Position numbers and translations under genes: made by a program. A stretch of DNA of 64,000 nucleotides from positions 103,215,276 to 103,279,275 of the forward strand of contig NC_057718.1 of assembly GCF_004010195.1 (NCBI RefSeq), read 5' to 3'. Below are positions 11,279-23,915 of this stretch, piece after piece. The DNA is from Chiloscyllium plagiosum (taxonomy: Eukaryota). How positions within the stretch are numbered: position 1 is the stretch's first letter; every line of letters begins with the position of its first letter. The notes beneath the pieces are model-generated. The model was not told where the DNA came from and did not search any database. It was given only the letters and a program-made list of their open reading frames with translations.

Positions 11279-14158
11279 ACCTACTGCTGTGAAACACTTT
11301 GCAATGTCTGGAGATTATCAATGTATGGGTTGCTAGTTAATGAGTTCAGAGTCAGCTTCACTAAAACATGCTGAGTGGTTAGGAGGGAAGGCAGTCCAAC
11401 TCCAATGTAAACTTTAACAGAACAACTTCACTAATTTGCAGAGCAGTGTCAAATGGTTTACTATTTTCACTGTTTTTAATTCAAATTCAGGCATTCTTTC
11501 TGCTTTTAGGATTGTTCCAGAATCTGAGTTCATACCACAGACTTTCTTTCTCTAGAAACAGAAAAACAATTTGAACTTCATGAAACCTACCTCCTGTTTG
11601 TAGACTGTTTGAATGCAACTACTTTCTATCCTTTGAAAGCATCTGACTAGCCAGTAACATTACAAGTCTTATCCATTTCAGTGGCTTTGCCAAGGGACTT
11701 GCCCTAATGCTGCAACTGATACAATCTAACTCACTGCCTTATCAAACATTCCTACAGTAAGTTGGGAAGGGATTTGCAGTAACTCTGGAAAAATTTCGCA
11801 CCTGGAACATAATTTACTATATGTTAATATAATTAACATTTAAGTTGTATTAACTCACAACCAGATCTGTTTGGAATGTTTCGTTGTGTGGTGCCAGTGA
11901 ACAAATTAGTGATTATTCCCAGTTTCGTGTGATATAGCAAGACTGCTAAGTGAAAGGATATTAAATTGGGCTTAAATCAGCATCAAGTGCCTGTTCATAT
12001 CAAGATCGACAGCATGAACAACCCGTGTACAGACAGGACAATAATTTGCTCTTCTAAGTTAAGATTAGGCTTGTAGTCACTGTTGGAAGCAGACTTAGTG
12101 CTAACTTTCAAAAGGGAATTGGGTACATTTGTGAACATCTACCATTTTCTGGTGAAAGGGCAGAGGGGAATGGTGCAGAAACAATTGGTGCAAACGCTGT
12201 TTGGAGGGTCGGTGCAGACTTGATGGGCCAAATGGGAAATGTGATCATTTCAAATACAGTTCCTGAAAAAACTGAAGCAACAGGTCACAAAGTACACAGG
12301 TTATTTCCACAGGCACATGCATATAGACACATGCAGACATATACACTGTGCTGCCCTTTATGGAGTCATTCAATGGTTAACACTTCTGCCTCACAGCTCC
12401 TGGGACCACCCTTGGATGACTGTCTGTGTGGAGTTTGCACATTCTCCCTGTGTGGGCGTGGGTTTCCCCAGATGCTCCGGTTTCCTCCCGTAGTCCATAG
12501 ATTTGCAGGTTAGGGTGGATTGGCCATGAGAAATGGTCCCATAGTATCCAGAGATGTGCAGACTAAGTGGGTTCGCCATGGGAAATAAGGAGATAGGCTA
12601 AGTCTGGGTGGGACTTGTCATGGCCTCTTTCTGCACCATCGGGATTTTGTGACATATACACACAGAGACGCACAACACATGCCAGACTTTCAGTACTGAA
12701 TGAACAGAGGTTTTGTCCCATTAAATATTGGCAAGACTTAATACATTGTCTTCAGCCCCCCATCACAAACTCTGACCCCAAGCCACTGATCTCCATTGTT
12801 CTGTTTGAGGCTGTTTAAAGTCATGGCCATTATATTTAACCCAGAGATGAGCTTCAGACTGCACAGCCACCTCTGAAACAGTTGTGACAGTGAGGTATTC
12901 CCTAGGCACTGTACTGCTAGCGAGCATTAACCTCGATTTTTCCCAGAACAGTAAAACAGGCGAATGGCACATCATGGTCTGACACGGCTTGTTACTTCAC
13001 AATGGGATCCGATAGATTCATTTCCAAGGGTTGGTCTTTTTCCTGCTGTTTTCCTCAGAGGAGGGGAGGGGTTTATGGTCCAAGCCCTCAAGTGGGTCTC
13101 AAACTAACACTTTTCTGACTCTGTCTGGAGACTATAACACTGAGATGTGGCTTTACTGACGAGCTGGAATAGAACAAAGTATCATGTCACAGACAGCAAA
13201 GGGCCAGGCTCTGAGTGCAGTGCGAAAAGAGCCAGAGAACACTGGATACTTCCTAAAGTGTCACGGTGCGTGGCGAGGGAAATATTGTGATACTCCTTCT
13301 AAAGTTGCGGGAGCCACTCTTAACGATGATAGGCTCCAGAATCACACCAGCAAAGATTGACCCCTGGTCCATGTCGTACATTGAGTTGCTTGATCTCAGG
13401 CTTAAGGAGGGAGGATTGAGGGGCTTCACACCGGGGGGGTGTCACCTGATAATTTCTCTTACAAGTTTAGTCAGTAAAGTCTCCATAATTTGTAGCTTCC
13501 TCTCAATTGTGCTATTGGCCCACAGTCTGTGTTCACGAAACCTAATATACTTAGCAGCAATGTCCACTTAATTGTTATGCATGTACAAAAATATTGATAC
13601 AGAGCACTGAAGAAACAATATAGTGGTTTAGTACACAGTGAAGATGTCATGACCCACTGTGAGACATGACTTATGTTTCCACATGTTAAGGAGACTGGAT
13701 AGCCAACGAGTGATGAAATAAGCCTTGAGTTATGATCAGGGTCCTGAACACCAATATAAATCAGTGCACATGTCTGCCTGTGGAGAGCTCTAGCTCCATC
13801 ATATGACAAATATTATTTTGAAAGGGATTTGGGTAATTTGGGAGGTAATTATAAATATTTTACATTAATCCCTTCTCCCCGCCATCATTTAAACCTGCCA
13901 ATGAGAGACTAGAGTGCTGCAAAGCAGTGGATTCCCTGAGAGCCAAGGTCTTTTCCCCGGGATGGGGGAATCCAAAACTATAACTTTAGGGTGAGAGGGG
14001 AAAAATTTAAAAGGGACCTAAGGGTCAACTCCTCCATGCAGGGAGTGAAGCGTGTGTGGAATGAGCTGCAAGGGGAAGTGGTGGAGGCTGGTACAATTAC
14101 AACATTTAAAAGGCATCTGGATGGGTATATGAATAGGAAGGGTTTAGAGGGATATGGG

Positions 14159-14391
14159 TCAAGATTAGTGTGGTGCTGAAAAAGCACAGCAGGTCAGGCA
14201 ACATCTGAGGAGCAGGAAAATCGACATTTCGGGCTAAAGCTCTTCATCAGAACTTCCTCATTCCTGATGAAGGGCTTTTGCCCGAAATGTCGATTTTCCT
14301 GCTCCTCGGATGCTGCCTGACCTGCTGTGCTGTTTCAGCACCACACTAATCTTAACACTAATCTCCTGCATCTGCAGTACCCACCTCCTCC
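14159..14391. mobile_element. Family B palindromic element inserted in a CR1 3' end
   Basis: About 95-bp inverted arms plus a one-sided extension; 16-bp TSD tttagagggatatggg at 14143-14158 and 14392-14407. Confidence 0.9.
14223..14291. ncRNA. Back-to-back pair of family B hammerhead motifs (minus 14223-14250, plus 14264-14291)
   Basis: GACATTTC GGGC TAAA GCTC TTCATCAG ... CTGATGA A GGGC TTTT GCCC GAAA TGTC. Confidence 0.7.
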
Positions 14392-14851
14392 TTTAGAGGG
14401 ATATGGGCCAAGTGCTGGCAAATGGCACTAGATTAATTTAGGATATCTGGTCGGCACGGACAAGTTGGACAGAAGGGTCTGTTTCCATGCTGTACAGCTG
14501 TATGACTATGAACATCTGACTCACAAGCATTCATACTTACAAACATGCTCCCATACAGGGGTGTAATTTTAAAGATCTGATATACAACATCTTCTATACA
14601 TATGAACAGCTATCTTATATTGTACTTGATTCGTGAACAGAGTCCAGAAGAGACCCATTCACATTTCAGGGACTGCCTTTAATTTAAGCAGCCTCACAAT
14701 TATCCCCACTCTGAGCAGTCCTTTAAGAAAAAGTGTAGTCAGTGCTGAAGCATAAAAACAACACCCAGACGTCTGGCCTTGATGGCTATATTATAATCAA
14801 GTATCACTTAGCCGTACAAAACTTGAGAAGTATGGAGGAAGCAGACACAGA

Positions 14852-15132
14852 GGGGTGGCACGGTGGCTAGCACTGCTGCCTCACAGCAACAGGGACCTGG
14901 GTTCGATTCCAGCCTCGGGCGACTGTTTGTATGGAGTCTGCACATTCTCCCTGTGTCTGCATGGGTTTCCTCTCACAGTCCAAAGATTTGCAGGCCAGGT
15001 GAATTGGCCATGCTAAATTGCTAAGTTAAGTGGTAAATATAGGGTAGGGGGAATGGGTCTGGGTGGGTTACCCTTTGGAGGGTTGGTGTGGACTTGTTGG
15101 GCCAAAAGGCCTGTTTCCATGCTGTAGGGAAT
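14852..15132 (+). mobile_element. HE1/V-SINE
   Basis: Same consensus as 15669-15990. Confidence 0.85.
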
Positions 15133-15198
15133 CTCATTAGAGAGGCATGGAGACTGGTCCATGCTGACCAAAATGCCCATCCACGCATAGATTCATAC

Positions 15199-15569
15199 TG
15201 TTGAAGGTTCTCATCCTGCATCATCAAGGTAGAATGACAAGAACACCAGATCTCAAAGGGGGCAACAATTTGTATTGTCTAAGTGGAAAGGGTTGGCAAG
15301 TGGACCTGATCGCACAAGGCATTGCTGTGGAGACTACACCAGGAACACATAACACCCAAGGTTCGGATTTGATTCAAGCTAGACAAGTCAACTCTAATTG
15401 GTTGAGACAATGCAATGGGTAATGCATTGGGGATGGTGATTGGTTGTCTCTGTCCAATTATAAAAGGGGCAATACCTGGACATGTTCAGTTTGTCAAGGG
15501 CAAGGCCCTGTGTATGACTATATGGAGCCTACAAGTGTAACAGAGCTCCCCCCATGTCAACCTTCAACA
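15199..15569. mobile_element. LTR-like or TIR element
   Basis: 11-bp terminal inverted repeat tgttgaaggtt / aaccttcaaca (TG...CA) and an internal TATAAAA; TSD not clean. Confidence 0.4.
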
Positions 15570-15668
15570 CATTTCTTCATTCTAAAAGCACTCCCTCGCC
15601 AAAATCTCTGAACAATCTCCACTAACTCAAAAACCTTGGAGATTTATCCAATTCTGGCCATTTATTGT

Positions 15669-15990
15669 GGGCGGCATGGTGGCACAGTGGTTAGCACTGC
15701 TGCCTCACAGTGCCAGAGACCCGGGTTCAATTCCCGCCTCAGGCGACTGACTGTGTGGAGTTTGCACGTTCTCCCCGCGTCTGTGTGGGCTTCCTCCGGG
15801 TGCTACGGTTTCCTCCCACAGTCCAAAGATGTGCAGGTCAGGTGAATTGGCCATGCTAAATTGCCCGTCATGTTAGGTAAGGGGTAAATGTAGGGGCATG
15901 GGTGGGTTGCGCTTCGGCGGGTCGGTGTGGACTTGTTGGGCCGAAGGGCCTGTTTCCACGCTGTAATCTAATCTAATCTAATCTAATCTA
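15669..15990 (+). mobile_element. HE1/V-SINE-type tRNA-derived SINE, full length
   Basis: A box tggcacagtgg, B box ggttcaattcc, V-domain tgtgtggagtttgcacgttctcccc...ggtttcctcccacagtccaaaga, CR1-like tail gggccgaagggcctgtttcc, (taatc)n end. Confidence 0.9.
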
Positions 15991-16321
15991 CCTAATTTGT
16001 GTATGAAAATGAGGTTAATTTGAATACAGACTTTTCTCTGCAACATGAAGGGTGCTTTGGAAACATTGGAGGCTGAGGGGTGGCTTTATAGAGGTTTATA
16101 AAATCACGAGGGGCATGGATAGGATAAATATGCAAGGTTTTTTCCTCAGGGTAGCGGATTCCAAAACTAGGGTTAAGATGAGAGGGGAAAGATTTAAAAG
16201 GGTCGTAAGGGGCAACTTTTTACAGAGGGTTTGTTGAACGGTTAGGAAGAATCTATCAATTAATTATGCTAACTACATTCTATCTGCATACATAAACTGT
16301 GTTAGGTATAAATGGACTTGC

Positions 16322-16432
16322 GAGGTAAAAACAATGACTGCAGATGCTGGAAACCAGATTCTGGATTAGTGGTGCTGGAGAAGCTCTTTGGATGCTGCCT
16401 GAACTGCTGTGCTCTTCCAGCACCACGAATCC
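16322..16432. mobile_element. Family B internally deleted palindromic element
   Basis: 14-bp TSD ataaatggacttgc at 16308-16321 and 16433-16446. Confidence 0.8.
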
Positions 16433-16585
16433 ATAAATGGACTTGCACTGTCTTTGAAAACAATGGGTTGAGTTTAAGTGTGTGAATATTGCCTCAGTGG
16501 ACATGGGCTGGAGTGAGTCATGCTGACTGGGTTTGGCCTGGTTTCAGTTGAGGACACTGATCTGAGACCACAGAAACAATAACAA

Positions 16586-17060
16586 GATGTTGTGAAACTT
16601 GACAAGGTTCTGAAAAGATTTACAAGGATGTTGCCAGAGTTGGAGAATTTAAGTGAGATGGAGAGGCTGAATAGACTGGGCTATTGGAGGCTGAGGGGTG
16701 GACTTATAGAGGTTTATAAGATCACGAGGGGCATGGATAGGATAAATACGCAAGGATTTTTCCTCAGGGTAGCGGATTCCAAAACTAGGGTTAAGATGAG
16801 AGGGGAAAGATTTAAAAGGGTCGTAAGGGGCAACTTTTTACAGAGGATGGTGAGTTTTTGGAATGAGCTGCCAAAGGAAGTGGTCGAGGCTGGTACAATT
16901 ACCACATTTAAAAGGCATCTGGATGAGTACATGAACAAGAAGGGTTTAGAGGGATATGGGCCAAATACTGACAAATGGGACTAGATTGGGTTGGGATATC
17001 TGGTCAGCATGGGCGAGTTGGGCAAAGGGTCTGTTTCTGTGTTGTACATCTCTGTACTCT
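16586..17060 (+). mobile_element. CR1/HER1 3' fragment; partial duplicate at 16062-16230
   Basis: ORF 16592-16984 KRFTRMLP..RLRGGLIEVYKI..WNELP. Confidence 0.9.
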
Positions 17061-17184
17061 ACCTAGCAACTTTAATATAGTGAGCTATCCCAGGGCATAC
17101 ACAGGAATAATCATCAGACAGTGTTTGTAATTTACCTGCATAAGGAGAAGTCAAGACAAGTGATCAAAAACATGGTTAGAGATG

Positions 17185-17338
17185 ATTTGGAGATGCCGGT
17201 GTTGAACTGTGGTGGACAAAGTTAAAATCACACAACACCAGGTTATAGTCCGACAGGTTTATTTGGAAGTACTATGTTTCAGAGCGCTGCTCCTTCATCA
17301 GGTGGTTGTACTCCCGTTGGACTATAACCTGGTGTTGT
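17185..17338. mobile_element. Family A palindromic PLE-derived element
   Basis: Same consensus; TSD gttagagatg at 17175-17184 and 17339-17348. Confidence 0.85.
17273..17301 (-). ncRNA. Minimal hammerhead motif, family A, stem III variant
   Basis: Reverse complement: CTGATGA A GGAGC AGC GCTCT GAAA CATA. Confidence 0.6.
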
Positions 17339-17448
17339 GTTAGAGATGGTAGAGTAAGGGCAAATTGCTGAGTCAGCAATTCAGAGGCACAGGCTAATGA
17401 ACTGGAGGTATATCAACTCATGGTGAGATTTAAATTCACTTGATAAAT

Positions 17449-17768
17449 AGAATCCCTACAGTGTGGAAACAGGCCATTTGGCCCAACAAGTCACTCTGAC
17501 CCTCCTAAGAGTAATCCTCCCAGCCCACTCCCCTATTTCTCTACATTTACCCCCAACTAATATACCTAACCAACACATCCCTGAACACTGGGGTAATTTC
17601 CCATGGCCAATTCACCTAACTTGTACGTCTTTGGACTGTGGGAGGAAACTGGAGCACCCGGAGAAAATCTACCCAGACATGAGGAGAACGTGCAAGCTCC
17701 ACACAGTCACCCAATGCTGGAATCAAACCCAGGTCCCTGGTGCTGTGAGGTGGTAGTGCTAGCCACCC
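17449..17768 (-). mobile_element. HE1/V-SINE
   Basis: Reverse complement of the consensus. Confidence 0.85.
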
Positions 17769-17769
17769 A

Positions 17770-18040
17770 GAAATAAAGTCTGGAATTGAAAGCTAGTCTC
17801 AGTGATGGTGACCGCAGCAACTATCATCAACTTCAGTGAAAAGCTGTTTTATCTGGCAATCTCCTCCAGGGAAGGAAATCTGCCATCTTTACCTGGTCTG
17901 GCCTACATGTGATTTCAGACCCACAGCAATGTGACTGACTCTTAAATACCCTCTGAAATGGCCTAGCAAGCCACTCAGCTCGGGGGAAATTAGAGATGGA
18001 TTAAAAATCCTGACATTGCCAGTGTCACCCACATTAAACA
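17770..18040 (+). mobile_element. SINE-like repeat; related minus-strand copies at about 32400-32620, 35920-36180, 39243-39520, 53925-54200
   Basis: Shared core tctggcctacatgtga.tccagacccacagcaatgtg..tgactcttaa. Confidence 0.55.
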
Positions 18041-18121
18041 AAAGGATGAATAAATAAATGAGAGAAAGAGAAACAGAAATTGTTGGAAAGCCTCAGCAGG
18101 TACGGCAACATTTGTGAAGAG

Positions 18122-18152
18122 AATGTTTCGGGTCCAGTGACCCTTTCTTCAG
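18122..18152 (-). ncRNA. Minimal hammerhead motif, family C
   Basis: Reverse complement: CTGAAGA AA GGGTC ACTG GACCC GAAA CATT. Confidence 0.6.
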
Positions 18153-20050
18153 ATAAATAAGATTTTAAGATTTTTTGGCAAGAGCAGGGAGGGAAGGAGA
18201 TATTTTGGGAGTGAATTCAGGGTTTCAGGCAGCTGTTGGTATATCCACAATGATGGAGAGTTGGAACTGAGGATGTTCAAGAGGCCAGAATTAGAGATAT
18301 CCTGGAAGGGGTTGGAGAATTTTACAGAAATAAGGAGGAGTCAGACCAAGGGCAAATTTGAAAATGAGGATAAGAATTTCCAAATCGAGTTGCTGTTAGA
18401 CTGCAGAACAAACAGTTGGAAAACGGCAGCGGGTCAGGCAGCATCCGAGGAGCAGGAGAGTTGACATTTCGGGCATAAGTCCCTTGTCAGGAATGTTGGG
18501 GGGGGGGGGGGGGGAAGGGTGGCAGGGATGAAGGGTGCTGAGAGATCACTGAGATCCTTGTGGAGGCAGGAGAACAAAGGGCAGCAAGGTGGCTCAGTGG
18601 TTAGCACTGCTGCCTCACAGCACCAGGGTCAGCACCGTCTGTGCACATTCTCCCTGTGTCTGCCTGGGTTTGCTCCGGTTTCCTCTCACAGTCCAAAGAT
18701 GTATAGGTCAGGTCAATTGGCCATTCTAAATTGCCCATGGTGCATTAGTCAGAAGGAAATGGGTCTGGGTGGGTTACTCTTCAGAGTGTTGGTGTGGACT
18801 GGTTGGGCCAAAGGTAATCTAATATCTAATAAACAAAGAGGGTCAGATCTCCTGGGGTAAACAGGAACTATTGTTCATTAAGACACAGGCAACAGAGTCT
18901 TCATTCTGCTCTAGTTTGCAGAGCGTGGTAAAGGGAGACTGACCAGGAGAATGTGGGGGCCATCGACGAACGTCAAGAGCCCAGAGCAGTAAAGGAGAGG
19001 GGGAGGGGGTGGGAAGGTTACATCTGGTTACAGTCCTGTTTGGAAAATATTTCAACACTTCAGCCTGTTGAACCAGAGGTTAGGGAACAGTCATCAATAT
19101 AGGTTCCTACAGGTCAGAAAGGATAATTCTGATTGTTGGAGTATTAAGAAGTAACATGAGTGAGAAATGCTAATCGAGGTGAAATTTGTACATGAAATAG
19201 ATAAAGATTTCTTCAGTCTCTCACACGTCAAATGCATGCCAACCATTTTGCTTCATATCTCTGTTTTTTGAAATATTTGTACTTTGCTTGAGTGTGCTTG
19301 CTTTATTTGAATTCTTTTAATTAAATGTTTGGGTGCAACACAGCATGCAGAGTGCAAGTCTTATTGAGTTATAAATTGCTAACACTCTCACATCATCTTG
19401 GCATTGAGTGAAAAGTGGCCAGTTGTTTGTTGTTTCTCACAACAGTTGCACTGTTTTTCCACAGTCTGACTACGGCATAAAGACTTTTCCCATTTGACAG
19501 GATGCTCTGTCTAAAGGGAAAAGGCTACAGACTTAAAATCTGTTTAAGTGCATAGACATTGGGTTTGACAAGGACTTTGCTAAATTAGAGAGGCCTATCA
19601 GGTTCCTTTACAAATAAAACCAGTGCACTTTTTACTGATCCATTTTTAAAACTAATGTCAACAGCTTCTGTTGGTAATTACAGTTCGAATGTAGATTAAC
19701 CTTTAACCCTCAGCATCTTGAATGGCCTGGCTGCAAAGGCAATGAAAGGATTGGTGGAAAAATAAGGAAAACAACAAGAATTAGTTAATATCTAGTTCAT
19801 GCTTCCTAAAGTCAGTGATTAATCCACAGGTTGGTGCTTAATTATCCTTCGGGCTAGCGATCTTTCTTTCACCAATGACAAAATCAGGGACATTATGCCT
19901 AGACTTAAATAAATAAGAGGTTAAAACACAATTGGAAATGTACAGTATTTTCACTGACTATAGAGAACACAACCTGGAGGCTCACTGTGTCAAAACATAA
20001 CCAATGCTTTATGCGATGGCAGTAAAAGTGTAAAGTGTAAAGTGTGAAAT

Positions 20051-20224
20051 TGTAAATTTTTGCTATAAATTCTGTGCCTTGCAATTGTGCCCTCCACAAC
20101 CACCTGATGAAGGAGCGACGCTCTGAAAGCTAGTGCTTCCAATTAAACCTGTTGGACTATAACCTAGTGTTGTGTGGTTTTTAACTTTGTACACCCCAGT
20201 CCAACACCGGCATCTCCAAATCAT
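20051..20224 (+). mobile_element. Family A PLE 3' end (UTR, hammerhead and tail)
   Basis: tgtaaatttttgctataaattctgtgcctt matches the PLE remnant at about 6858-6888, followed by the hammerhead and the tail ...ccagtccaacaccggcatctccaaatca. Confidence 0.85.
20104..20132 (+). ncRNA. Minimal hammerhead motif, family A
   Basis: cac CTGATGA A GGAGC GAC GCTCT GAAA GCTA gtg; flanking cac/gtg can form stem I. Confidence 0.75.
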
Positions 20225-21775
20225 AAAAGTGAATGTGCTCGCAAACCCTAGCTCTAAGCCTGTGTCAACTCCATTCAAATTGACCTAAACCTGCACTCCC
20301 GACCGCACAACACCCCACTAACTCAGATCAATACTGAAAAAACTGAGCTGCAGTGAAAGTTCCTGCACAGTGGGAGTGAAAGGAGGAAGTGAAATAATCG
20401 GGCAGAAGTTTAAAGTATATTCTCTTGTGAGGACTGTCCCCTCTACCTGAAGTTTTGCAACTTTTTGAGTGAACAACTCAAAAGAAGGAAGTGGGTCTTG
20501 GGTTACATTTTGAACACTTAGAGGATGCTTTCAGGCAGGTGCGGCACGTCTTTGAAGTTACTGTACAACAAATGGGAAACCTAAAGTAAGCAGAAGCCAA
20601 AACCCAGGGAGGGCAAAAAAGATTCCTCTCAAAATAACCCCGGCGACGCCACTGCACAAAGGTCAGGAACAAGTTCCTTTTAGGTGATATTCAAGCCTTT
20701 AATAGCTCCCAGCCAGGTTCACAATGATAATTTTCTTCGTTGCATGCAGAAAACAGACTACTTATCGTCTACCTGTCCAGGACAGTCTGGTAGGAGCAGT
20801 AACCTAATCTGGCTTGTTTAGGAGGAGGTTGTTGTGGGGGGTGGGGGGAGGTGGGGATTTGTGAGCAAGCAGCAAAGTGCCTGTGGGCTGCCCAGCCAGC
20901 ACTACTTTAATTACTACAAGAGTCAGGGCAGGATTCAAGTTGCGCATTAGGCCCTTGCTGAGATCACTAATTATAATATCAGTTTTCCCCAAATTAGCCA
21001 GACTGAATGGCTGTGGTGGCAGAGGTGACTTAAAGTTTAGATCGAGCGAGGGAGAGCTTTTTTTTAAACAGGACTCCTTGCCATGAATTCACTTCCAAAA
21101 ACCCAACCATTGCCACAAGCAGTGGCAACCCTCTTCAATCACCATTAAAAACATTTCAATTGTATTATGCGCAACCTCAGCATGCTCTCATACTTCAACA
21201 AGAACATTCTGCAGTGAAATCTAGAGACTGCCGAGCCAGAGTGAATTACTGCTCTCTCTGAAATAAATAGAACTTACTGGAACAGCCTGGACAATTAAAC
21301 TAGCGTATTCTCCTGATTGTCTTTCAGTGATTTTAGTCTGCTGTTCACTTCGTAAAATATTGTTTCCTTTCTACGTTTCTCTTGATTTCCCATTCACATT
21401 GGTGGCCTTTTAGGGTCTGAAGAACTTTGAGTAGGTAGGAGGTGGAATGCAGAGAAAGTAACACCTACATTGTTTCAGCAACAATGTTTATGAGCAAGCG
21501 TTCCCATTCTTGCAAAGAACGAAATGGGGGATTGTGTTTAATGCGATGGAAGATGTACGTAGTTCAGGCTGTGGGCTGTGAATTCATATCCATGAGGATA
21601 GGACTTCTTTCAAAGAAAATGGAATTGTTCTTGATGTAACATTTTCTTCAGTGATTGGAATATGTTTTAGAATTTTAAGCAAAATTCTGTTTGTAATTGC
21701 TTATTATTGCTTTGTTGGTGAATCTCCGAGTTCACAAAGTTTCTGGAAGGACCAATGAAGACATATATCTTTTAA

Positions 21776-22550
21776 CTCACTCATGGGACAAGGCTGGCCC
21801 AGCATTTATTGCCCGTCCCTAGTTGCCCCCTTGAGATGATGGTGGTGAGCTGTCTTCTTGAACCATTGCAAGCCGTCTGCTGTAGGTTGACCCACAATGT
21901 TGTTAAGGAAGGAATTCCAGGATTTTGACCCAGCGACACTGGAGGAATGGCAATATATTTTCATGATGTGGAGATGCTGGTGTTGGACTGGGGTGGACAA
22001 AGTCATGTGACAAAGGAGCAGTGTTCCGAAACCTTGTGATATTAAATTCACCTGTTGGATTTTCACTTGGAGTCATGTGAGTTCTGACTTTGATATATTT
22101 CCGAGTCAAGATGGTGAGTGGCTTGGAGGGAAACTTGTAGGGGGTGGTGTTCCCATGTATCTGCTGCCCTTGTCCTTCCAGATGGAAGTGGTTGCAGGTT
22201 TGGAAATTGCTATCTGAGGATCGATGGTGAAGTTTTGCGAGGTATCTCGTGGATGTTACACAATGCTGCTATTGAGTGTTATTTGTGGAGGGAGTGGATG
22301 CTTGTGGATGTAGTGCCAATCAAGTGGTCTGCTTTGCCCTAGATGGCATTAAGCCTCTTGAGTGTTGTTGGAGCTGCACTCATCCAGGCATGTGGGGAGC
22401 ATTCTATCACACTCCTAATTGGAGTCTTTTAGATGATGGACAGGCTTCAGGGAGCCAGACGGTGAGTTACTCTCCATCATATTCCTAGCCTGCTCTTTGT
22501 AACCGCTCTATTTATATGGCAAGTCCAATTAAGTTTCTGGTCAATGGTAA
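21776..22550 (-). mobile_element. 3' fragment of another LINE-like family; related at 38750-38945, 43378-43515, 47885-48110, 58790-59220
   Basis: Shared gattttgacccagcgacactg..ggaa..gcgatatatttccaagtcaggatggtgagtggcttggagggaaacttg and gcatttattgccc..ccctagttgccc; family not confidently named. Confidence 0.6.
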
Positions 22551-23395
22551 CCACTTTAACATGGCAAATCCACCTAATCTGCACATCTTTAGACTATGGA
22601 CTAAAACTGGAGCAGTCAGAGAAAACCCATGCAGACACAGGGAAAATGTGCAAATACCACACAGTCACCCAAGGGTGGAATTGAACGAGGATCTCTGGTG
22701 CTGTGAGACAGCAGTGCTAACTACTGAGCCAATTGTGCCACCCTATATTATAGAGAAATGATGTAAATTTCAAGGTAATCTCTAATAATAATTTGAAATA
22801 AATCATTTTAAAATACTTTCAGAAAGTATTTCCATTATGGTTCAGTATGTGATTTTTATTGCCATATAAACAATATTTTGATGTTTAAACAATAAAAAAA
22901 AACATGTTACAAATTGATTGAAATATGGAACAACTGAAACAGGCTTCTCTGTGGTGAATTAAGTAAATTCTTGACTGTAATTTGGACTGGAAATTACAAA
23001 CAAAATAAACTTGCGAAAGATCAACATTAAATCTCTCAGCTATACCTGGGAAGTCTGTGAAGGATTTACCAGAAACATTCCTTTTGATAGAAGTGTAAAA
23101 TGAGCAGGAACTCTGTTCAAATAACGATATATATTTCTGCTTCAGTACTTTGGAAATGTTCTTCAAAGCAGCAGATGTGCTGCAGTTTTAAGAAGGAGTG
23201 ACACCAGTGTGGGTATTCCCTGCCTTCTGATTGAGGTGGATCCTGTAGTCCAGTTATTGGGGAGTTCCCAACATTGAAATGAGCTCTTTTACAAATAAGG
23301 GAAAGGGTATCTGCTCCACTCCCAGAATGTCTTCAATTAAAATGTGACATTTGTGAGAACTGCATTGAAAAGTCTACAAGACACAATGTTATCAG

Positions 23396-23915
23396 GCTTT
23401 CTGGTCTCCCTGCTATAGGAAGGATGTTGTTAAACTGGAAAAGGTTCAGAAAACACTTGCAATGATGTTGCCAGGGTTGGAGGGTTTGAGCTATAGGGAG
23501 AGGCTGAATAGGTCTGGGCTGTTTTCCCTGGAGGGTGCTGAGGCTGAGGGGTGACCTTATAGAAGTTTATAAAATCATGAGGGGCATGGATAAGGTAAAT
23601 AGACAAGATCTTTTCTCGAGGGGTGGAGGAGTCCAAATCTAGGCAGCATAGGTTTAGGGTGAGAGGGGAAAGATTTAAAAGGGACATAAGGGTCAACCTT
23701 TTCACGCAGAGGGTGGTGCGTGTATGGAATAAGCTGCCTGAGGAAGTGGTGGAGACTGGTACAATTACAGCATTTAAAAGGCATCTGGATGGGTATAGGA
23801 ATAGGCAGGGTTTAAAGTGATATGGGCCAAATGCTAGATTAATTTAGGATATCTGGTCAGCATGGACAAATTGGACTGAAGGGTCTTTTACCGTTTTGTG
23901 CATCTCTATGACTTT
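23396..23915 (+). mobile_element. CR1/HER1 3' fragment
   Basis: ORF 23623-23820 and 3' UTR. Confidence 0.9.

Larger units (their letters stand above)
13936..14510 (+). mobile_element. CR1/HER1 3' fragment split by a family B insertion
   Basis: ORF 13991 RGEKFKRDLR..WNEL..EVVEAGTITTFKRHLD. Confidence 0.9.

Noticed and set aside
15669..15740. tRNA gene
   Set aside because: The A and B boxes belong to the HE1 SINE head and continue into the SINE body
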